IMG/VR virus record: IMGVR_UViG_3300005805_000302 | Coordinates: 1-31,136 of that record | From: a virus | Taxonomy: Duplodnaviria > Caudoviricetes | DNA: 31,136 nucleotides | Reading direction: 5' to 3' (one strand) | Shown: positions 18,285 through 25,258 of the stretch, piece by piece | Layout: each line of letters begins with the position of its first letter | Numbering within the stretch: the stretch's first letter is position 1 | The notes under the pieces: model-generated | Databases searched by the model: none | Seen by the model: only the letters and a program-made list of their open reading frames with translations | What the model was told of the DNA's origin: nothing | Position numbers and translations under genes: made by a program

Positions 18285-18491
18285 ATGGCAATTTTACCTG
18301 GTACTGGATCTGCTTTATCTTTTGGGAAAGTTTATTCCGCCTATACTAATGCTTCATATCCTACAGCAGGTGGTACTGCTGTAAAACTGAGTGCTACACT
18401 AGGTGTAGGCTATGGTGGAAAGACACTGGGTTCGCAGATTAGTTTTTCTAGTACGTTTGGTGGCGCATCTACTCCGTACAACTATCCATGA
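18285..18491 (+). CDS. Small Gly/Ser/Thr-rich protein (possible fibre-tip or decorated peptide)
   Basis: 68 aa, AAGGGA SD, TAAATA at 18257-18262, ATGA overlap with the next gene. Confidence 0.7.
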   Translation: MAILPGTGSALSFGKVYSAYTNASYPTAGGTAVKLSATLGVGYGGKTLGSQISFSSTFGGASTPYNYP

Positions 18492-18982
18492 TAAAGAAAA
18501 CTGACAAAACTAAACTAAAAATAAACATAGATTACTTACTAGAAGTTGCCAATAAAGGTCCTAGCAAATGGGAACTAGATACTATTATTTGGCATGATCG
18601 AACAACTGATCCAAAATGTCTAGTAGAGTTTTTAACTAAAATTAAGTCTTTAGAACAGAAGACAGATAAAACTGATTTTGAACAAAAAGAATATGATATT
18701 TTAGTAGAACTGGCTAACGACCTAAATGAAGAAGAATGCCTAGAATTATTAAGTGACAACGACGAGATCGTTCAGCAAAACTTTATAGAATCTCTTGCTA
18801 GGGCAAGTGCTTTAGAAGTATTAACAAGAGATAAAGTAAGTTTGGAAACAATGAGTCTTATGTGCAAGCTCAATCCTAGTGATTTTATCTTGACTTCTAA
18901 ACGCACACAAGATATTATTAACAATGTACACGAACTTGTTATACAAGGTGAAACTCTTAGTAATGATGTTGCAGGCGCATGA
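18488..18982 (+). CDS. Hypothetical acidic helical protein
   Basis: 164 aa, translationally coupled (ATGA) on both sides. Confidence 0.7.
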   Translation: MIKKTDKTKLKINIDYLLEVANKGPSKWELDTIIWHDRTTDPKCLVEFLTKIKSLEQKTDKTDFEQKEYDILVELANDLNEEECLELLSDNDEIVQQNFIESLARASALEVLTRDKVSLETMSLMCKLNPSDFILTSKRTQDIINNVHELVIQGETLSNDVAGA

Positions 18983-19632
18983 AAAAATCCGTTTTCGCTT
19001 CCAGTAAGTGGACCTTAAAAAAAAATAAACTAGCAATCTTAGTACCATGCAGAGATATGTTACACTCTGCACACGCTTTTGCCTTAGTCGAGCTTATTAA
19101 ACTAAACACTATGAACAACATAGATACACATGTTGCCATGGATGCTAGTACAATTTTGTTAACACAACGTGAACGTTTAGCTATAGAAGCTCAAAAAATA
19201 GGCGCTGAATACATGTTGTGGTTAGACAGTGATATGGTATTTCCTCCGACAACTGCACTAAGATTAATGGCTCACAATGAAGATGTAGTGGCCGCAAACT
19301 ATGTACGACGACAGCCTCCACATAAAGGTGTTGCTTACGAGACAATAGGAGATTGGCAAAATCCTTTGCCTTATGAACCACAAGATGATCTTGTACCTAT
19401 AGAAGGAATAGGCATGGGGTGTATGCTTATGCGAACAAGCATTTTAGATGAAATACCTCAGCCTTGGTTTGAGTTTGGATGGAACCCACAAACTACAGAT
19501 CATTTAGGCGAAGATATGATATTCTGTCAAAAAATAGCACAGGCTGGATATACTATTAAGGTAGATACCCAACTTAGTATGGAAACACTACATTTAGGTA
19601 CGTATGCTTTTGGTCCAGATTTATTAAAGTAA
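18979..19632 (+). CDS. Glycosyltransferase, GT-A fold (family 2-like)
   Basis: LAILVP start strand, EYMLWLDSDMVF (DxD motif), GMGCMLM, GEDMIFC (ED motif), C-terminal HLG. Confidence 0.85.
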   Translation: MKKSVFASSKWTLKKNKLAILVPCRDMLHSAHAFALVELIKLNTMNNIDTHVAMDASTILLTQRERLAIEAQKIGAEYMLWLDSDMVFPPTTALRLMAHNEDVVAANYVRRQPPHKGVAYETIGDWQNPLPYEPQDDLVPIEGIGMGCMLMRTSILDEIPQPWFEFGWNPQTTDHLGEDMIFCQKIAQAGYTIKVDTQLSMETLHLGTYAFGPDLLK

Positions 19633-20064
19633 ATCTAAAAGTATTTCTATTTTTGTTTTAATGGTCTTATTGTGTAGGCTATTTTTTAATGCCTGATGCA
19701 GAGGTTTAGGCCAATAATCATATTTTGACCAGCAATAACCCATATGTTCTCCATTGAGATTTGGAATAAACTCTTTTTCTACAAGTAAAATATATGTATT
19801 GTATTGAAAATTATGGTCATTACTTGTAAAAAGTTCTAATGGGATTATTTTTTTAATGGTAGGCGGTGGTCCTACTTCTTCTTGTATTTCTCTTGTAAGG
19901 CTATCTAAAGTAGTTAAATCAGTAGGTTCTTTTTTTCCACCTACTAATCCCCAAGTGCCAACAGTTTTAGTCTGTGTTCTTTGAACTAGTAAAAATCTTT
20001 TAGTCTCTGAACTTAGAAATAAACCACCATTACAAATTATTTTGTTTACAAAATTAGACGCCAT
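19624..20064 (-). CDS. Nudix hydrolase
   Basis: FLLVQR...WGLVGGKKEPTD...LTREIQEEVG Nudix box; LNGEH..Y.W...WPKPLH C-terminal motif. Confidence 0.85.
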   Translation of the reverse strand: MASNFVNKIICNGGLFLSSETKRFLLVQRTQTKTVGTWGLVGGKKEPTDLTTLDSLTREIQEEVGPPPTIKKIIPLELFTSNDHNFQYNTYILLVEKEFIPNLNGEHMGYCWSKYDYWPKPLHQALKNSLHNKTIKTKIEILLDLL

Positions 20065-21446
20065 AAACTTTTATCGTATAAACCCTCGAAGCTCTTACTC
20101 CATGAACCTTCTGCCCATTTGTATTGAACTCCTGTATATGCATTAGTTATATACGTTAAATCAGTCTCTGTGTTGGAATCGAATATTATATTCCATTGAC
20201 TACCGTCCCATTCTATAATATCATTCGCATGTGCTTGAAAATCTGAACCGTCTGCATTTTTCCAAGCATCTGGTCCGTCATACCCTGTGGTTCCGAAAGC
20301 AGCATTTTGATTAATATCTTCTAATATCAGATAACGTATTCCGCTAGTCTTACCGGACGGATTAAAGCGTTCAGGATCTATAATAGCATCTACTGTGCCT
20401 CTACCAGATATAATAGTGTTAGTTGGTATTGTGTCGCTATCTATGTTGAGCATCATTCTGCTATCGTCTAAAGGATCCATACTGATGTAGGCAACGATTT
20501 CATTACCGTCAGCTTTCATTAATCGTATTTGACTAAGACCAGCTCTAAATGTGCCTGGATATAAATCTAATATTTGTCTCCAAGATTTACTTGTGCCAGG
20601 GACACTAATATCTACCATAGACTGACTAGAAGGATTGTTTGCTACAAGTGTTCCCACATTGTTTACTACAAGTAAGTCAAACTCTCCAGGGGTTACTACA
20701 ACTATCTCGTTTTCAGATCCAAGGGATTCTAATACAGCATCTACTTCTGTGTATTCTGATGCAACAGTACCCGCTGTGTTAGGATAAATGTTGGCTAAAA
20801 TCTTTGTTATTATTCCAAGTTTTTTAACTTTAACAGGCGGTGTTATCCAAATAGGCGTTTCAAAAACTAATGTTAAAATATCTATATCCTGTTCAATACC
20901 TTGCGGCACACTTCTGCTGGTCCAAGTTTGACTTTTAATGGTTAATGTGCTTAAACTTGTCCAGTCTATATAGTTGTCAGTGGTCTGTATTTCCAGGCTT
21001 GGGTTGAATAATACTGATATTTGTTCCCAAATTTGTAACTTTTGATCTGTATTTGTACACCAAATATCCGCAGCAAAATCTGCGAGATAAGGAACAGGCA
21101 TTAATCTTTCTACAGTATAGTTTGCACCTTGTTGATTAATCAGATACTCATTATCTGCATCGTCAAATGCACGCTCTCTGATATGTATTTTTCCTACAAA
21201 ACTAGGATCTTGTACCCTGGGGCGATCATATTGTAAATCTTTTATATAACAGGCAATATATGGTGCGCTAGGAACGGTGTTTTCTGTATTTTTACGAAGG
21301 ATTTGGCTAACCATTCTATTCATATCTCCGTAGAGAACCGGAATACGTGTAAGTTGACCTCTAGCATCTTTATAGCTAAAGTTACTCATTATGCGCATGA
21401 ACTGGCCTAGATAGCGTTTAACTTGACCGTCGTAGAAATAATCCAT
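20046..21446 (-). CDS. gp15: Tail terminator / sheath stabiliser, T4 gp15-like, with C-terminal extension
   Basis: YFYDGQVKRYLGQF, RIPVLYG, MPVPY, DQKLQIWEQISVLFNPS match gp15-family motifs; follows the gp14-like gene. Confidence 0.75.
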   Translation of the reverse strand: MDYFYDGQVKRYLGQFMRIMSNFSYKDARGQLTRIPVLYGDMNRMVSQILRKNTENTVPSAPYIACYIKDLQYDRPRVQDPSFVGKIHIRERAFDDADNEYLINQQGANYTVERLMPVPYLADFAADIWCTNTDQKLQIWEQISVLFNPSLEIQTTDNYIDWTSLSTLTIKSQTWTSRSVPQGIEQDIDILTLVFETPIWITPPVKVKKLGIITKILANIYPNTAGTVASEYTEVDAVLESLGSENEIVVVTPGEFDLLVVNNVGTLVANNPSSQSMVDISVPGTSKSWRQILDLYPGTFRAGLSQIRLMKADGNEIVAYISMDPLDDSRMMLNIDSDTIPTNTIISGRGTVDAIIDPERFNPSGKTSGIRYLILEDINQNAAFGTTGYDGPDAWKNADGSDFQAHANDIIEWDGSQWNIIFDSNTETDLTYITNAYTGVQYKWAEGSWSKSFEGLYDKSLWRLIL

Positions 21447-22660
21447 TAGTTATCTGCCCTAGGTTTTAAGGCCTTACTTAAAGCCTGTTTTTCTGCCACT
21501 ATTTCACCTGCAATAGTTGCTGTACTATTGTTATTAATAAATGTAGACTTCTGATTTTGTCTAACTGCTGCTCCTGCGAATGTTCCGCTTGCAACATCTT
21601 GACTACCAAAGTTATTCAAGGTCATACGAACATTATCTTCATATTTTATCCAACGCTTTCCGTCAAATCTAAATAACCTATTTGGGAGATAATCTGTTCT
21701 TAAAAAGAATTGACCGTTAGTAGGATGACTAGGGAAACTTATACCAAAGGCAAAAGTAGACCCGTTAGGTGGTGAACCATCTCCGGTTAAGTAACCTGCT
21801 CTCACATAGATGTTATCGTTAGGTGTATTCAATACTACACTGGCGTCCTGTATTGCTTGATCAACACTAGCCAATACATTTTCTTGACTGGCATCTGCTG
21901 TATCTACAAGTCCTGTATTTTCTGTAGTAGGTATAACGAAATAATGTTTTGTATCATATCCACTTAATGGAGCATCTAAGTCTGCCTGTGCTATGACTTG
22001 GTCATTTATTTCAATACTTTTTTGATATGAACTTAGTAGATCTCTAAGTGAACTGCCATCACCTGCACCGCTGTCCGCATCCAATATTTCCTTAAACTCC
22101 TGACTGTCTACCAATGGAACACATTTACAACGTATCAAATGTGGATACCACGTTTGACTAAACCCATTTACAGGTCTTGTAACATCCTGCACCACATAAA
22201 ACCTTTTCAATGCAACTAAACTATCATCTAGTGCATATTCGTCTTTAAGATGCGGCAACTCTAATACATCCCCCGCCATTAACTTTCTTTGTATTTTATC
22301 AACACAGTCTCGTAAATGGAAATGTAAAAGAATAGTATCATTTTGTAAGAATAAGCCAAACTGACTGAGATTAAAATCCAAGTCCTGCATTGTATAGATA
22401 CCACGTATGACATAGATATCCGGGTCATACTTGCGGTCTCTATTTTCCATTAGGATTAGATCTTGTATACCCAGCTCAGGAATAGTGTTTGTATTTGTAG
22501 GGTTGGCTGGACTACTATCACCTTCAAGTGGATCTACAGGTCCTAGATATTTGTGTATAAAAATATCAGTGCCACCTATCTGGAACTGTTCATTTATGAC
22601 CCTATCTAAAAACTTAAAGTCGGGCCCTTTCTCTGGTTTATATAGGCTTAGCCTTGGCAT
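21446..22660 (-). CDS. gp14: Neck / head-closure protein, T4 gp14-like, extended
   Basis: INEQFQIGGTDIFIHKY, LSQFGLFLQND, GDVLELP resemble gp14 motifs; coupled to the gp15-like gene. Confidence 0.65.
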   Translation of the reverse strand: MPRLSLYKPEKGPDFKFLDRVINEQFQIGGTDIFIHKYLGPVDPLEGDSSPANPTNTNTIPELGIQDLILMENRDRKYDPDIYVIRGIYTMQDLDFNLSQFGLFLQNDTILLHFHLRDCVDKIQRKLMAGDVLELPHLKDEYALDDSLVALKRFYVVQDVTRPVNGFSQTWYPHLIRCKCVPLVDSQEFKEILDADSGAGDGSSLRDLLSSYQKSIEINDQVIAQADLDAPLSGYDTKHYFVIPTTENTGLVDTADASQENVLASVDQAIQDASVVLNTPNDNIYVRAGYLTGDGSPPNGSTFAFGISFPSHPTNGQFFLRTDYLPNRLFRFDGKRWIKYEDNVRMTLNNFGSQDVASGTFAGAAVRQNQKSTFINNNSTATIAGEIVAEKQALSKALKPRADN

Positions 22661-22661
22661 A

Positions 22662-23135
22662 TTATACTGGTATATAGTATCTAATAAACTTTACAGTATT
22701 ATCAGCACTTACTCCTGTTCCTTGAAATGTTAGTGTTCCTGTAGCGATAGTCGCTGTAAAAGACATTCTAGAGCTAGCACCGGTATAGTTTTGCCCAGAT
22801 ACTGTAATAAACGGATTAGTATCGTTATGGATAACACTGACTTCACAAGTTTCATACTCTACATTAGTATTATCAGTTATAGTTACTGTATATTTTGCTG
22901 ATCTATAACTAGATGTAGACCAAGTATCTAATGTTGTGGCACTGTTGGTGACGGTAGTAACTGTAGTGACTAAATTATCAAAATCTTTTCTTAGTAGTTC
23001 AATTCCACCAGATGTAATACCGTCTTGTAATCTAAGAGTTTTAAGGGTAGTATCAAAGACTAGTTCACCGTTGGCACCTGTGAAACCGCTGAGTTGACTT
23101 GAAGTTCCTCTTCTGAACTGAACTGTAGTTGGCAT
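22662..23135 (-). CDS. Small fibre-type protein: Mtd_N domain fused directly to the 'RSAKY' domain
   Basis: MPTTVQFRRG...GELVFDT...LQDGITSGG and LDTWSTSSYRSAKYTVTI. Confidence 0.75.
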   Translation of the reverse strand: MPTTVQFRRGTSSQLSGFTGANGELVFDTTLKTLRLQDGITSGGIELLRKDFDNLVTTVTTVTNSATTLDTWSTSSYRSAKYTVTITDNTNVEYETCEVSVIHNDTNPFITVSGQNYTGASSRMSFTATIATGTLTFQGTGVSADNTVKFIRYYIPV

Positions 23136-23159
23136 TATAAATCCTCGGAAGCTATCCTT

Positions 23160-23175
23160 TATTTATTGCTAAATA
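23160..23175. promoter_or_regulatory. Back-to-back divergent late promoter boxes
   Basis: TATTTA (minus-strand TAAATA) at 23160-23165 and TAAATA at 23170-23175, between divergent genes. Confidence 0.7.
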
Positions 23176-23180
23176 TCAGT

Positions 23181-23939
23181 ATGACCGAAACAGATAACGA
23201 ACGACAAAAAGTTGTAGAATATTGTAAGGCCATGCTGGGTTCCGGTATGGTTGATGTAGAACTTGATCCTATACATTATGATACTGCAATCAATCGTGCT
23301 CTGGCTAAGTTTCGTCAGCGTAGCTCCAATGCAGTAGAAGAAAGTTTTGGATTTATTACTGTTACAACAGACAACAATGATTATATATTGCCTAAAGAAG
23401 TTGAAAACGTTAGGCAACTTTTCCGCCGTTCCATAGGAAGCCGCACAGGTGGTGGTGATGGTGGTACGCTCTTTGAACCTTTTAATCTTGCCTACAGTAA
23501 TACATATCTACTTAGTTCTACGCACATGGGCGGTCTGGCTACCTATTATGCATTTGCCAGTTATCAAAAACTTGTTGGTAAAATATTCGGTAGTGAAATT
23601 AATTTTACTTTTAATAAGACTACAAAACTACTCACAATAATGCAACGTCCCCGCACTGACGAAGAACTTTTAGTTTGGATGTATAACTATAGACCAGACT
23701 TTAACCTATTACAGGACAACTATGCAGGGCAGTGGTTAAAAGACTTTGCTCTTGCCAACTGTAAAGTTATGCTAGGTGAAGCTAGAGAAAAGTTTGCTCA
23801 AATTGCCAGTCCACAAGGTGGAACACAGTTAAATGGAACTGCGTTAAAATCTGAAGGTAAAGCAGAGATGGAAATGTTAGAACAAGACCTTATTAACTAC
23901 AAAGAAGGTTCTACACCATTAACTTTTGTCATTGGCTAA
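23181..23939 (+). CDS. gp13: Neck protein (head-tail adaptor), T4 gp13-like
   Basis: YCKAMLGSGMVDVEL, WLKDFALANCKVMLGEAREKF, PQGGTQLNG match gp13. Start moved to ATG 23181 because the track's TTG at 23166 overlaps the promoter box. Confidence 0.85.
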   Translation: MTETDNERQKVVEYCKAMLGSGMVDVELDPIHYDTAINRALAKFRQRSSNAVEESFGFITVTTDNNDYILPKEVENVRQLFRRSIGSRTGGGDGGTLFEPFNLAYSNTYLLSSTHMGGLATYYAFASYQKLVGKIFGSEINFTFNKTTKLLTIMQRPRTDEELLVWMYNYRPDFNLLQDNYAGQWLKDFALANCKVMLGEAREKFAQIASPQGGTQLNGTALKSEGKAEMEMLEQDLINYKEGSTPLTFVIG

Positions 23940-23947
23940 GAAAAATA

Positions 23948-23976
23948 TTGACACTATCAGCTAAACATTATAAATT
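23948..23976 (+). promoter_or_regulatory. Sigma70-like promoter
   Basis: TTGACA (23948-23953), 17-nt spacer, TAAATT (23971-23976), with an A-tract upstream. Confidence 0.6.
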
Positions 23977-23996
23977 ATAGTACCTAAGGGGTTACT

Positions 23997-24200
23997 ATGT
24001 TCGTAAGTTTAGATAAAGCTAAAGAACGTTATGCGATATGTAAATCGTGTTCAGACTTTAAATCCGTAACAAAAATCTGTAATATCTGCCATTGCTTTAT
24101 GCCTGCTAAAACGACACTATCGGTCGCTCATTGCCCGGTGTTCAAATGGGATAAAGAACAATCTGGAACATCTAGCAAGGACTATAATTTAGATGAATAA
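23997..24200 (+). CDS. Small Cys-rich metal-binding protein (DUF6171-like)
   Basis: R..IC..C...C..C.CFM.AK......CP..KW pattern. Confidence 0.7.
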   Translation: MFVSLDKAKERYAICKSCSDFKSVTKICNICHCFMPAKTTLSVAHCPVFKWDKEQSGTSSKDYNLDE

Positions 24201-24894
24201 TATTATTATAGGATTTGTAGGCTTTATTGGCTGCGGTAAAGACACTGCGGCAGATTATTTGGTAAACTTTCACGGATTTCGTCGAGATAGTTTTGCGAAC
24301 ACCTTAAAAGATGCTATATCAGCCGTATTCGGCTGGGACAGAACCTTAATGGAAGGACGCACCGCTGAAAGTCGCAAATGGCGTGAAGAAGTGGATCAAT
24401 GGTGGGCTAAACGATTAAACATTCCACATTTAACACCTAGATGGGTAATGCAATACTGGGGCACCGATGTTTTGCGTAATAACTTTCATGATGATATTTG
24501 GATAGCTAGTTTAGAGAATAAAGTTAGAAAAACTACGGATAATATTGTTATTAGTGATGTACGTTTTCCTAATGAGATCAAATCTATTCATAACTCAGGT
24601 GGCATTGTAGTAAGGATTAAGCGCGGAGAGGATCCGCTATGGATGGATGCTGCCAGTGCTTACATGAAAGGACCTAACACTATAGGATGGGCCTTAAGTA
24701 AAGTAACTTTAGATAACTTTAATGTACATGCAAGCGAATATAGTTGGGTAGGATCTGAAATAGACTATATTGTATCAAACGACGATACTATCGACGAACT
24801 GTTTAATCAACTATCTAACCTGATTAGAAATCAGGAACTAGGTCTCCCTGTTTCCAACGATGTCCTAGGCGATAAATTATACGCTGACAGTTAG
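24193..24894 (+). CDS. Deoxynucleoside monophosphate kinase (T4 gp1-like)
   Basis: P-loop GFIGCGKDT, SFANTLKD, TPRWVMQYWGTD, VISDVRFPNE, HASE. Confidence 0.92.
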   Translation: MNNIIIGFVGFIGCGKDTAADYLVNFHGFRRDSFANTLKDAISAVFGWDRTLMEGRTAESRKWREEVDQWWAKRLNIPHLTPRWVMQYWGTDVLRNNFHDDIWIASLENKVRKTTDNIVISDVRFPNEIKSIHNSGGIVVRIKRGEDPLWMDAASAYMKGPNTIGWALSKVTLDNFNVHASEYSWVGSEIDYIVSNDDTIDELFNQLSNLIRNQELGLPVSNDVLGDKLYADS

Positions 24895-25159
24895 CACAAA
24901 TAGTTTTGAGATTATTATATTTGCAGTTAGTTAAATCACCATCTATGTGGTAGACATTAAACTGCTCCGGATATTTAGAACTATACCCGCATCTTTCGCA
25001 ACTGCTTTTCTTTTTGTAACCGCTAGAAGCCCATAACGGTCTTAGTTTATTAAATCCTCTTGCACAATGATCACATTGTGACCTATAATAAGGTTTTTTA
25101 TCTTTATAATAGTTAATTGCCACGGGTTTTTCCCCGCAGGTTTTACAAAGATTACGCAT
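24824..25159 (-). CDS. HNH-like Zn-ribbon protein
   Basis: Four CxxC pairs; YHIDGDLTNCKYNNLKTICANCQ beta-beta-alpha motif; AAAAGGGC SD-like repeats upstream. Confidence 0.8.
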   Translation of the reverse strand: MRNLCKTCGEKPVAINYYKDKKPYYRSQCDHCARGFNKLRPLWASSGYKKKSSCERCGYSSKYPEQFNVYHIDGDLTNCKYNNLKTICANCQRIIYRLGHRWKQGDLVPDF

Positions 25160-25189
25160 TTTACGCCCTTTTCCGTGCCCTTTTCAATG

Positions 25190-25227
25190 TATTTAACCAT
25201 TGCAAAATTTAGGTTATCCGCTAAATA
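25190..25227. promoter_or_regulatory. Divergent late promoter boxes for the HNH-like gene (minus) and the sheath gene (plus)
   Basis: TATTTA at 25190-25195 and TAAATA at 25222-25227. Confidence 0.65.
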
Positions 25228-25258
25228 AAAACAAAGTAGTCCACTAAGGAGATTTACA

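Noticed and set aside
15420-23135. Diversity-generating retroelement suggested by Mtd_N domains
   Set aside because: No reverse transcriptase, no C-type lectin variable region and no repeat pair differing specifically at adenines in this window; Mtd_N is only an anchor domain
23166-23180. TTG start for the gp13-like gene
   Set aside because: Overlaps the TAAATA box; ATG 23181 fits the N5 pattern seen at three other genes
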